The notes: generated from the letters alone by a model not told the origin. A stretch of DNA of 29,811 bases from a virus (IMGVR_UViG_3300049436_000085:1-29811), one strand, 5' to 3'. Numbered from the stretch's first letter, positions 1 to 8,051 are shown. Translations and numbers: made by a program.

Positions 1-197
1 GGTCCGTTGCGCTCCCAGACCCAAGCGCGAACGGTGAGCCCGTCGCGGTAGGCGCGGCGGGCGGGGTGGTCGTGGTGGGCGCTCGCAAGCGCAACCGTCG
101 CGGCGGCCTGCGGTGTCGCGGCGGCGAGCGTGACCGCCGCGCCCGGGTCGATGGGCGCGGCGGCGTCGGTCGTCAGGATGGCGCGGTAAGTCTTCAC
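1..197 (-). CDS. Hypothetical early protein, partial (runs off left edge)
   Basis: GTG at 197 overlaps the TGA of the ATPase gene (GTGA); open frame MKTYRAILTTDAAAPIDPG... to the window edge. Not in the ORF track. Confidence 0.55.
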   Translation of the reverse strand, partial: MKTYRAILTTDAAAPIDPGAAVTLAAATPQAAATVALASAHHDHPARRAYRDGLTVRAWVWERNG

Positions 198-835
198 GCA
201 ACACCCCCGGCCTCTACGGCCTGGAACATCGCGCGGGCGTTGTTCTTGCACTTCTGGGCGAGCCGGATGTAGTGCTCGACGGGGAGCCCGTCAAGTCCTT
301 CGGCCTGGGCGCACGTGCGGACGCGCTCCGCGAAAGCCTTCGCGAGTCCCTGATTCGTCAGAGCGATCGGAAAGCACCGCGAAAGCAGCGGGGAAGCGTC
401 GATAGCATCGCCGAATAGCGCCTCCTGCCCGTCTTTGGTCGTGGTGAACACCCAAACGACGTGCGCTGGGATTCGCTCCAGCATCCCCAGAAGTTTGCGG
501 ATGGCGGAGTCGCGGAGCCCGTGGGCCTCGTTGACGATGTAGGCGCGGCCGCCGCGGCCTGGTCCAAACAGACCCATGGCGCGCTCGATGTCGGCCAGCT
601 CCGCGAGTGTGAGGGCGTCGGCGCTGTCGTATTCGGCCGTGACCCATTCCTCGGCGATCGTGCCGGCGATGATCTTGGCAAGTGTGGTCTTGCCTGTTCC
701 GCTTGCGCCGGACAGCCAAAACGCGCGGCCTCCGACACCCCGGGCGATGGCGGTGCGCACCTGGCCGACAGCCTTGTCCTGGCCGACTACTTCCTCCAGC
801 GATCGCGGGCGGTATTTCTCAAACAGCGGTTGCAT
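194..835 (-). CDS. Clamp-loader-family AAA+ ATPase (DnaX/RFC/RarA-like), short, 213 aa
   Basis: MQPLFEKYRPRSLEEVVGQ N-terminal box, Walker A GASGTGKTT, Walker B-like IVNEAH, SRC motif. ATG at 835 follows the CACAGGAGA RBS; the upstream extension to 1006 is unlikely. Confidence 0.85.
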   Translation of the reverse strand: MQPLFEKYRPRSLEEVVGQDKAVGQVRTAIARGVGGRAFWLSGASGTGKTTLAKIIAGTIAEEWVTAEYDSADALTLAELADIERAMGLFGPGRGGRAYIVNEAHGLRDSAIRKLLGMLERIPAHVVWVFTTTKDGQEALFGDAIDASPLLSRCFPIALTNQGLAKAFAERVRTCAQAEGLDGLPVEHYIRLAQKCKNNARAMFQAVEAGGVA

Positions 836-871
836 GGTGCGGTCTCCTGTGTGCCACCCCGAGCCCCTAAA

Positions 872-1004
872 CCCGCGCCGCGGCGTTTCCGCCGCGTGCG
901 GGCCCCGAGCGCCTAGACCCCGGCATGGGCGCGGCCTGAGCCGCGGATCCGTCGTGGGCGGCCTGTCTCGGAAAGCGGCCGCGCTGCCTCTCGGCGGCGC
1001 GGCC
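872..1004 (-). other. Two GC-rich intergenic hairpins with GNRA loops
   Basis: On the minus strand CGCGGCG-GAAA-CGCCGCG (879-896) and GGCCGCGCCGCC-GAGA-GGCAGCGCGGCC (977-1004); possible processing or termination signals. Confidence 0.45.
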
Positions 1005-1018
1005 ATGGTGAACCGGCC

Positions 1019-2083
1019 TCAAACCAGTGCCAAAGCGGCCTTGAACGCTTCCGCCTTGCGGGCGGAGTTCTGACCCCAGAGCGCCCCATAGATGCGGTTC
1101 TCGCGGCGGGCGGCGTCGTCGGCACCGCGCACCGTGCGCTGGTGGTCGTACCAGCGGGTGACGGCGTTGGCGGCCGTCCATGCGCTGGCGCTGGCTACCC
1201 CGGCGCTGATCTCCTGATCCCAGTTGCGGGACCATTTCGCGAGCACCTGGGCGGCGTCCTGCAGCTCCTCGCGCTCGTCCCGGTTGGTGGGCGTGGTGGG
1301 CAAGGCCTTGCCGTCGCGCTCGAGTTCGATGTAAACGCGGGTCCAAAACTCCTGGAGTTCCTCCCGCTTCATCGGGCGGGCGTCCAGCTTGCGGGCGGCG
1401 GCCTCAAACGCGGTTTGTCCCTTGGTGTATCGCTCAAGGGCGGCGCGGGCGTCGCGGATCTTCGCGGCGACGTCGCCAGAGTGCCGGAAGGTGAACGCAC
1501 CCCCGAGTCCGGCAAGGGCGGCGTCTGCCGTGTTCTTGCACACAACCCGAATCGTGGTCGGGCCCGTGGTGACGGCGGCGGTTCCGTCGTGGCCAGCGTG
1601 GGCGAGCATGTACCGGCGCACGATGTCGCGGTCGTTGTTGAGTCCGAACGCGCCCCCGTCCAGCAGAATGAACACCCGGCGTCCACCCTTCAGGCTGCCG
1701 ATGGTCTCCAGCTTCAGGGAACCGGCGGCGGCGTCGGTGAGTTGGGCGAGCATCTCGCCGAGTTCGGCATTCTGAACCGGCTTGTACGTGTCGGTGACGG
1801 CGGCGAACACTTCGCCCGTGTCCTCGCGGGCGAGCAGTCGGTAAGCGTCGGTCACAAGGCGGCGCTGGCCGTCGATGGTGCCTGAGCATCCGTCGGTAAG
1901 GACCACTCGCCATGGGAGGAACCGGCGGATTCCCTCGTCCATGGTCGTGCCGTCGGCCACCTTGCTGCCGAGCCCGTGCCAAGCCTTCTCCCCCGCGAAT
2001 CCGAATGAATCGGTCTGGGTCATGGCGTGGCATCGGTGGCCGCGTGCGAGTTCCTCCGTCGTGTGGATCTGTCCGAGTTGCAT
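1019..2083 (-). CDS. DUF932 family phage/plasmid protein (TIGR03299-like)
   Basis: AWHGLG, REDTG..AVTDTYKPVQN, ETIGSLKGGRRVF, HDGT, IRVVCKNT, RHSG and W..NAVT.W.DH motifs; start chosen from the RBS at 2089-2101. Confidence 0.9.
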   Translation of the reverse strand: MQLGQIHTTEELARGHRCHAMTQTDSFGFAGEKAWHGLGSKVADGTTMDEGIRRFLPWRVVLTDGCSGTIDGQRRLVTDAYRLLAREDTGEVFAAVTDTYKPVQNAELGEMLAQLTDAAAGSLKLETIGSLKGGRRVFILLDGGAFGLNNDRDIVRRYMLAHAGHDGTAAVTTGPTTIRVVCKNTADAALAGLGGAFTFRHSGDVAAKIRDARAALERYTKGQTAFEAAARKLDARPMKREELQEFWTRVYIELERDGKALPTTPTNRDEREELQDAAQVLAKWSRNWDQEISAGVASASAWTAANAVTRWYDHQRTVRGADDAARRENRIYGALWGQNSARKAEAFKAALALV

Positions 2084-2184
2084 GGGCTGTCTCCTGTGTG
2101 CGGGCGTCCGGCCTGGGCGAAGTGCTTGCGGTCCGGCGGCCTGCGATTCCGCGCCCCGTGGGGCGCGGTGTCGCGGGTCGTCGG

Positions 2185-2409
2185 TCATTCCCAGTAGGTC
2201 CCGCCGCGGCTGCCGCGAACCTGGCGGAGCCCCAGATCCCGCATGGCCTGGGCCATGGCGCGGCGGTTGGCGTTGCGGCGCTGGCGGCGGCGCTCGTCGC
2301 GCTGGGCGGGCGTCAGGTCGTCCAGCGAACCGGCGGCGTGGGCCTGCATGCGCCGGGCTACCGTGTCCAGTTCGTTTGTGGCCTCGATGCGTCGGGTGAC
2401 GTGGTCCAT
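2185..2409 (-). CDS. Small basic hypothetical protein, first gene of the early operon (74 aa)
   Basis: ATG at 2409 with the same CACAGGAGA RBS; ends ...MRDLGLRQVRGSRGGTYWE. Confidence 0.7.
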   Translation of the reverse strand: MDHVTRRIEATNELDTVARRMQAHAAGSLDDLTPAQRDERRRQRRNANRRAMAQAMRDLGLRQVRGSRGGTYWE

Positions 2410-2431
2410 GGGTCGCGTCTCCTGTGTGCGA

Positions 2432-2491
2432 TGTGGTAGAGAATCTACCACAATCTACCACAGAGTCGGCCGTGAGACAATATCTACCACA
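2432..2491 (-). promoter_or_regulatory. Sigma70-type early promoter overlapped by TGTGGTAGA operator repeats
   Basis: Minus strand TTGTCT(2480-2475)-17 bp-TAGATT(2457-2452) with extended TG; TCTACCACA at 2444, 2454 and 2483, inverted copy at 2432. Confidence 0.65.
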
Positions 2492-2937
2492 GCTTTTTCT
2501 GTGCTTTCCTTGAGGCTTCGGGCCGGTCTGTGCGGATATTCCCGATTGTGGGTGCCGAATCAGTCCATGGACGTTCCGGCATCAGTGCGCGAGCGTTCGC
2601 TAACCGATTTGACTCGCGGCCTGCAAGGGTGAACCGTGCCTATCAGTTCATGCGCGCGGTCTAGGGCGAAGGGATGCGCCATTAATCAAAAGGCGAAGTG
2701 GCGAAGTCGCAAGCGTGCGCAGTTGCGGGCCGGTGTCCAGTATCGCCGAGCAGTCTGCACCGATTCGGGCGCGGGCGCAAGCGGTCCGCTTCGCGGTGTG
2801 CATCGCCGGCGTCCCGCGCGTCCCTCGTCGGTCCCGGCGTCTCCGACGGGGACGCAAGCGGCGGCCTGCACCTGGGCGATTCTCGCGGCCTTCATCGCGG
2901 TTTCGGTCGCGTTTGCCGTCGGCCTGGGCGGCGGCAC

Positions 2938-2958
2938 GTGCTAACCGTTAGCACCTGA
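2938..2958. repeat. Palindrome GTGCTAAC-C-GTTAGCAC(CTGA), copy 1
   Basis: Matches 20191-20211 except at the central base; core also at 4709-4721. Confidence 0.85.
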
Positions 2959-3429
2959 GCCCGGTGGCGGTGGCGGTGGTGCGACACCTGATCTGGTGGG
3001 CGTGGGTGTGGCCTGAGCCGGGTGGCGTCGGTTCCCTCTCGCTCTGTGCGAACATTCGCGGCGGTTTCGAGGGCGTTTGAAAAGGGCTGGGCGTCAAACG
3101 GGTGCGGCGCCCGAGTTGCCTAGATCGGAGCCTAGAACGTGCGTAAGTGCTTGCGGCTGCTCGTGTTGACTGCGTTTCAGGAGAACGCTGGTCGTCGGCG
3201 TGGCCGCGGCCGCGGTGCCCTTGGGGGGGCGACGCGCGTGCCTTGACGGTCAACGATCCCCTCCTCAGTGGGGGCCTCAAAAATTCCGGAGGGAAGCACC
3301 GGGGCGTTGGGCTGCCGACGGTACTGGAGGCGATTTCGGCCGGAGTCGGCGAAGCGGAAGACAACCCGTAGGATCAAAATCTCGGATACGCGGTTTGACT
3401 CTTACCGGTCGCGGGGGGTAATTGTTCGG

Positions 3430-3458
3430 TTGACGAGAGCTTCACTCTAGAGTAAAGT
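3430..3458 (+). promoter_or_regulatory. Candidate TA promoter/operator
   Basis: TTGACG-17 bp-TAAAGT enclosing the imperfect palindrome CTTCACTCTAGAGTAAAG (3440-3457). The -10 lies very close to the ATG; an alternative TTGACT is at 3395. Confidence 0.4.
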
Positions 3459-3460
3459 TG

Positions 3461-3952
3461 ATGGAAACCGCGACCGATTACGATCCGAAGGAGTGGCGGG
3501 AGTACAACACGCGCCTCTGGATCGCCGACTGCGCGGCGAAGGACTTTGAGAAGTTGGTGGATCCCAGACTAGCAGCTCTACTGGAAAAGCAAGCTCGGAA
3601 GGGATTCCAGCAGTATCGCACCGGTTGGCTTCGAGAAGAGGGTCAAGGCATCGTGGCCTACGGGACTACCACTTGGACCACTCGGATCGCTGGGTTCTTC
3701 GGAGACGATGCTACTCGCACGCACTTAGTGATTGGCGGCATTTGGTATGGCAAGCCGGGTAGGGGTGGAAAACGGCCCCCGATGGGCGACACCGTTGTCG
3801 ATCGGGTAGCAGTCATGAAAAAGGCAGGAGTGCTCTGTGTCGGGGAATTCGCTAAAGGACCGGGTGAACGACCTGAAGTCGCGCAAGGACAGGTTGTATT
3901 ACCAGCTCAGCTTGCGCGAGGATCTCGCGACGCTCATTCACACCGGACTTGA
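3461..3952 (+). CDS. Putative RelE/HigB (Gp49-like) toxin
   Basis: Pattern LWIA-AAKDFEKL-helix-LREEGQGIVAY-RIAGFF-LVIGGIWYGK-helix fits the RelE fold; directly upstream of an XRE gene (higBA order). The last ~38 codons overlap the antitoxin gene. Confidence 0.6.
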   Translation: METATDYDPKEWREYNTRLWIADCAAKDFEKLVDPRLAALLEKQARKGFQQYRTGWLREEGQGIVAYGTTTWTTRIAGFFGDDATRTHLVIGGIWYGKPGRGGKRPPMGDTVVDRVAVMKKAGVLCVGEFAKGPGERPEVAQGQVVLPAQLARGSRDAHSHRT

Positions 3953-4421
3953 ACGCACCGGAATGTCGCAGGAGGAACTCGCCGAAGCGAGCGGCAAAAA
4001 GGAGTCCTACATCAGCCGTCTTGCAAATGCTGGCACCAACTGCAAACTCGCGGCTATTGCACAGGTTCTGATCCCCATCGGGATCGAACCGATAATCGTT
4101 GAGAAGGCAGAGTGGGATCGTCTAATGACGATCGCGGAAAAGAACGATCGCAAGTCCCACACCCACGAACAACAGATTGCCAACCATGGATTTACCCTCT
4201 CCAGCCTCGCAACAACCAACATCACTCACACCACCGCATTCGACGTCGGAGGGCGGCTCGGCGAACGACTCAAAACCATCGAAGATGGGGCTCGTGGTGC
4301 GTCCGGATCTTCCGACAGTCTGGGCGGACCATTTGCGTTTGTTGGTACGAAAGGATCGTGCCACCGATTTGCCGGTAGTCATCGTCTTGTCGTGCATTCA
4401 ACTGCTCACGGATGGGTTTGA
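3837..4421 (+). CDS. XRE-HTH (HigA-like) antitoxin with long C-terminal tail
   Basis: GMSQEELAEASGKKESYISRLANAGTNCKLAAIAQV HTH; AGGAG RBS before GTG 3837. Confidence 0.8.
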   Translation: MSGNSLKDRVNDLKSRKDRLYYQLSLREDLATLIHTGLERTGMSQEELAEASGKKESYISRLANAGTNCKLAAIAQVLIPIGIEPIIVEKAEWDRLMTIAEKNDRKSHTHEQQIANHGFTLSSLATTNITHTTAFDVGGRLGERLKTIEDGARGASGSSDSLGGPFAFVGTKGSCHRFAGSHRLVVHSTAHGWV

Positions 4422-4557
4422 TCCGAGCGAGGGTGACATTACGGGAAGCGAAAGCGCCCGGATTGCGTTCGCGCCGGCGACAGCAAGAAGCCTCGCGGAC
4501 ATCCTCTGCCGGTCACTCGATCACTACCCTACCAAAGCCAGCGAGGGCGCCGCATAG
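4186..4557 (+). CDS. DUF3467-like small protein (start 4186 or 4285)
   Basis: PTVWADHLRL...IVLSCIQ...ARIAFAPATARSLADIL...Y resembles the DUF3467 pattern as recalled; unverified. Confidence 0.5.
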   Translation: MDLPSPASQQPTSLTPPHSTSEGGSANDSKPSKMGLVVRPDLPTVWADHLRLLVRKDRATDLPVVIVLSCIQLLTDGFDPSEGDITGSESARIAFAPATARSLADILCRSLDHYPTKASEGAA

Positions 4558-4558
4558 C

Positions 4559-4648
4559 GACCTCGTCGTGAAAGTGGCAGACACGCCGCATTTAGAATGC
4601 GGTGGCAGGCGCAAGCTTGCCGTGCGGGTTCGATTCCCGTCGCGGGTG
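4559..4648 (+). tRNA. Degenerate tRNA-Leu(TAG)
   Basis: D arm GTG-AAAGTGGCAGA-CAC, anticodon arm CCGCA-TTTAGAA-TGCGG, variable arm GGCAGGC-GCAA-GCTTGCC, T arm GCGGG-TTCGATT-CCCGT. Acceptor stem has two mismatches, G73, no CCA. Confidence 0.75.
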
Positions 4649-4708
4649 CCGAATGAACAGCGCGTCTGGGCGAACGCTTGGACTGCCGCGGCCCGTGCCG
4701 GGGTCAAC

Positions 4709-4721
4709 TGCTAACGGTTAG
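4709..4721. repeat. Palindrome core TGCTAACGGTTAG, copy 2
   Basis: Same core as 2938 and 20187; immediately downstream of the terL stop. Confidence 0.65.
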
Positions 4722-4725
4722 GAGT

Positions 4726-6591
4726 TCACTGGCGACGGTGGATCCACGACGGCTGTGGGGTTGGGCGGTTGACGCCGTGGAGCAGGCGATCGGAGTCGCG
4801 GCGGAGGCGGTCGAAGTGGTCGCGTGCGGCTTTGGCCTCCCGGCCGGCGCGGAGCTTGTCAGGATCCTGGGCCACCGCGTATTGCCACTCCTTGATGCAG
4901 GAGGCGAAGGAGTCGAGCTTTCCGTCCTCGCGGAGGGCGCCGCGATCCTTGGTGAGGCGGGAGAGCTGGTAGGCGAGCGCGTCGATGTCGCGGTCGCCGG
5001 GCTCGGGGGTGAAGCAGGATCGGTCGAAGATGACCCGGTGCGAGGAGAGAACGGGCTCGAGGGCCGCGATGATGCGGAGTTCCTTCTGACCGGTGGAGCG
5101 ACGACGCTCGACGGAAGCTTTCCATCCGTCGGGGAAGGCGGGGTCTTCGCCGGGCTCGAGGAACAGCTTGCGGACCTCGACTTCGAGCAGCTCGACGTAG
5201 GTGTTGAAGACGTCGATGTTGTCTTCGACGAAGATCTCGCGGGCATTGGCAGCGCGGCAGGCGAGAGCGATCGCGGAGAGCTTCTCGACGCTGGCGCCGC
5301 CTTCCAGGCCTCGGATGGTCTTGACGAAGAACAGGCCGTGGAGACAGCCGACGGCGGTGACACCCGTTCGGTCGTCTCCGCGTCCGGCGGGGTCGATATA
5401 CGCCTTGGTGCCATGGAACGGCGCGTACTCCTTGCCGATGAACGCGGGGCGGAAGAGCCGGCCGCCGCTGAAGCCGTCGTGGGGGAGTTCGTCGGTGGGG
5501 ATCTCGGTGGTGCCATTGTGATCGCGCGTGCCGTAAACGACCTGGGTGGGGCCGATGTCGCGTGCGACGTCCATGACGATGCAGTCGGAGAGCCGTAGGG
5601 GGTAGCGGGAGCCCTCGCCAAGGTCGGCGATGAGCATGGACTCCATCGAGAAGTCGATGAGGCCTTCCGCCCGGCGCTCGATGATCTCCACCTGCCCGAA
5701 GCGGAGGGGAACTGTCGCCTCGCCCGGATTGGCCTTCCCGCGGGCCAGCTTGTCAGCGAGCAGCGGGGCGAGGTTGATGACCTTCTGATCGGGGCGCGGG
5801 TAGGCGATGGGATAGCCGCGAAAGTCGTATCCGATCTTGATGAGGTCGAGGAAGAGCGTCTCTTCGTGCTTGGGTGTGCCGTGGTGCACGATCTCGACGG
5901 GATCGATGGGTCCGCCGTCGGCGTACTCGCGGTGCGGATAGAGGATGTTCTTGCACTCGCGGATCATGCGGCGGAGCTCGTCGCGAGCCTCGATCGTGCG
6001 GGTGTTGGCCTTGGTCTCGACGTCGTCGGGGAAGATGGAGTGGGCGCGGTTGCCCTCGAGCTGGCCGTCGATGCCAACGACCGAGAGCGAAGGCTGACGG
6101 TCCTCCTTGGCGGGTCCGCAGTCGAAGTAGGTGGAGGCGTCGCGCTGGCCCTGGGTGGGGGCAAGGTGCTGCAGGAACCACACCTGGTCGTACCACTCGC
6201 GGACGAGCCCGCACGTCTTCTTGGCCTCTTTCTCGGCCTTGGAGATGATCAGGTTGCGGCGGTTGGGGTCGCGGCCGTGGCGGTAGCCGGTGAGCGCGGC
6301 GGGCCCGATGTGGGTCTTGCCGATGCCTCGGAAGGCGAGCACGCCGCGGCGCCGGGCGGCGGTGGTTTGGCCGGCGATGAACGCGGCGATGTCGAGCTCG
6401 ACTTCGGACAGCGGCGCGACGCGATCGAGCTTGCGATCGATCCAGAGCTCGTTGAGGTAGACGGTGAAGTCGGAGAAGACCGCGGTGATGACAGCCTGGG
6501 CCTGGTGGATCTGCGCTTGGGTGAGGTTCTCGCTCCCGCCGGCGAGGAGCTCGCGGGCGATGTCGCGGTCGAGGGGCGTGATCGGATTCAA
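4726..6591 (-). CDS. terL: Terminase large subunit (T7 gp19-like)
   Basis: AFRGIGKT Walker A, GNRAHSIFPDDVE Walker B, GTP coupling motif, YPLRLSD, IDPAGRGDDRTG nuclease motif, QKELRII..LEPV...HR. Confidence 0.95.
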   Translation of the reverse strand: MNPITPLDRDIARELLAGGSENLTQAQIHQAQAVITAVFSDFTVYLNELWIDRKLDRVAPLSEVELDIAAFIAGQTTAARRRGVLAFRGIGKTHIGPAALTGYRHGRDPNRRNLIISKAEKEAKKTCGLVREWYDQVWFLQHLAPTQGQRDASTYFDCGPAKEDRQPSLSVVGIDGQLEGNRAHSIFPDDVETKANTRTIEARDELRRMIRECKNILYPHREYADGGPIDPVEIVHHGTPKHEETLFLDLIKIGYDFRGYPIAYPRPDQKVINLAPLLADKLARGKANPGEATVPLRFGQVEIIERRAEGLIDFSMESMLIADLGEGSRYPLRLSDCIVMDVARDIGPTQVVYGTRDHNGTTEIPTDELPHDGFSGGRLFRPAFIGKEYAPFHGTKAYIDPAGRGDDRTGVTAVGCLHGLFFVKTIRGLEGGASVEKLSAIALACRAANAREIFVEDNIDVFNTYVELLEVEVRKLFLEPGEDPAFPDGWKASVERRRSTGQKELRIIAALEPVLSSHRVIFDRSCFTPEPGDRDIDALAYQLSRLTKDRGALREDGKLDSFASCIKEWQYAVAQDPDKLRAGREAKAARDHFDRLRRDSDRLLHGVNRPTPQPSWIHRRQ

Positions 6592-6851
6592 GCTGGTTCG
6601 TAGGACTGTGCGAAGATGTCGGGTTTGCAGGGGTACAACTCGCCGTGCTCGCCGCGGATGATCCAGTCGCCGGCATGGGCGATCATCACGCCCTCAATCG
6701 TGCGGATGTGCATGGTCGGCTCGGGGCCAAAGAAGACATGGCCCCGCTTGATCGCACGCACGATCCAGGTGGGGTCTTCCTTCTGATCCGTGCCGCCGGT
6801 CCAGCAGAACGCTTCGATCACGACGGGCTTCTTGCGGAACTTCAAAGGCAT
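6588..6851 (-). CDS. Conserved phage protein (KKPVVIEA...GDWII...YPCKPDIF; PGDYG-like)
   Basis: Recognisable widespread phage motif set; its stop overlaps the terL start (TTGA). Confidence 0.85.
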   Translation of the reverse strand: MPLKFRKKPVVIEAFCWTGGTDQKEDPTWIVRAIKRGHVFFGPEPTMHIRTIEGVMIAHAGDWIIRGEHGELYPCKPDIFAQSYEPA

Positions 6852-6857
6852 CTCCTT

Positions 6858-7166
6858 TCACGAGCCGGTGGCGGCGTCGTCAGCGTCGGTGTCGATGGGC
6901 GGAATCGGGCGGCCGTTGAACTTGATGCCCTTCTCGATGGCGGTCTTGATCAGGTCGCCGGCGGCGGATCCCCTGACGGGTTGGTTGTGGATGCCCAAGT
7001 CCTTGATACGGCCCCGGATAGCGTTGAGCATTGCGGCCGACGGGGTGAGTTTAACGATTTCGCCGGTATTGGGATCAATCGCCGTGACACCCTCCCTGAG
7101 AATGGTGTTCATGGTCTTGTCCAGGAGCTCGGCATTCTCCGACTGGACGGGGGTTGGGGTGTTCAT
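6858..7166 (-). CDS. terS: Terminase small subunit (T7 gp18-like)
   Basis: Size, position, and SAAMLNAIRGRIKDLGI resembling podoviral TerS. Confidence 0.65.
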   Translation of the reverse strand: MNTPTPVQSENAELLDKTMNTILREGVTAIDPNTGEIVKLTPSAAMLNAIRGRIKDLGIHNQPVRGSAAGDLIKTAIEKGIKFNGRPIPPIDTDADDAATGS

Positions 7167-7179
7167 TTATGCTCCGGGC

Positions 7180-7326
7180 ATGGAATGGGCTCTCGTCCTG
7201 ATCGCGGCGGGGCTGGCGGGCGGGATTGGCTACCTCTGCCTCTCGCCGGCGGCTCGGTCGGAGGTGCAGCGGGTGTGGCTGGATATGGAGTGCGAAACTC
7301 AGCATGAAGGAAGCCGCGAGTGGTAG
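7180..7326 (+). CDS. Possible small membrane peptide (48 aa)
   Basis: MEWALVLIAAGLAGGIGYL hydrophobic N-terminus; overlaps the Sel1 gene start; no clear RBS. Confidence 0.3.
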   Translation: MEWALVLIAAGLAGGIGYLCLSPAARSEVQRVWLDMECETQHEGSREW

Positions 7327-8051
7327 AAGCAAACAGCAGGTCGCCTAGTTCCATCGAGCCACCGTCCGAGGGGAGAGGCGGGGCTGTAGGTGCCAGTTCT
7401 CGGGGACGCAGGATCAAACGGGTGGCAGCGGTCGCATTGGTGGTCGGCATTGTCAGCGTTGTTGGAGTCCGTTTTGTTCTTGCAACTGGTTCAGCGCATC
7501 GAGACTATTTGATGGGTCGACGCTACCTAGTTGCGGATGGTGTGCCCAAAGACACTCAACGAGCGATCAAGCTGCTCACCCGCGCGGCCCAGGGACATGA
7601 CCCTGATGCATGCTTCGCCTTGGGAGAATTGTACTCACAGGGGCATGACGTGCCGAACGATATGTCCAAAGCTCTTGTTTGGTATTCGCTGGCGGACGAG
7701 TATGGACATCCAGTTGCCTTCGAGAGGGTGGCGTTTTATTACAGAAACGGATGGGGAACGGGAATGAACATTCCCAAGGCGGCTGAGGTCACGATACGTG
7801 CGGCACAACGAGGCCAATCAACTGCGTGGGTAACAACGGCGTACTTGTATTCTGGGGGCGTGGGCGTAAATAAAGACATGATTGCTGCCTACGCGTGGGC
7901 TAACATTGCCCTCGCAAACTCCGCCGATGCCCACAACCGGGAGTTGCGGTCAAAAATGTTGGAGGATCTAGCCGCCCGCATGTCTCCTGAACAGGTCGCT
8001 GAGGCCCAGCAGCTTTCGCAGAAACTCATATCAGAATTTCCGAAGCGATAA
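7320..8051 (+). CDS. Sel1-repeat protein with N-terminal membrane anchor
   Basis: TM segment VAAVALVVGIVSVVGV, repeated A...LG..Y..G.GV..D...A..W...AA..G units, terminal AYAW...MSPEQVAEAQ. Start uncertain. Confidence 0.9.
   Translation: MVEANSRSPSSIEPPSEGRGGAVGASSRGRRIKRVAAVALVVGIVSVVGVRFVLATGSAHRDYLMGRRYLVADGVPKDTQRAIKLLTRAAQGHDPDACFALGELYSQGHDVPNDMSKALVWYSLADEYGHPVAFERVAFYYRNGWGTGMNIPKAAEVTIRAAQRGQSTAWVTTAYLYSGGVGVNKDMIAAYAWANIALANSADAHNRELRSKMLEDLAARMSPEQVAEAQQLSQKLISEFPKR

Noticed and set aside
2084-2461. N-terminal extension of the DUF932 ORF (likewise 836-1006, 22178-22747, 27996-28415)
   Set aside because: Arg/Pro-rich read-through overlapping other genes or intergenic hairpins; better starts with RBS or coupling lie downstream.
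2636-3421. Short ORFs in the gene-poor region
   Set aside because: No RBS, motifs or consistent strand; left unannotated.
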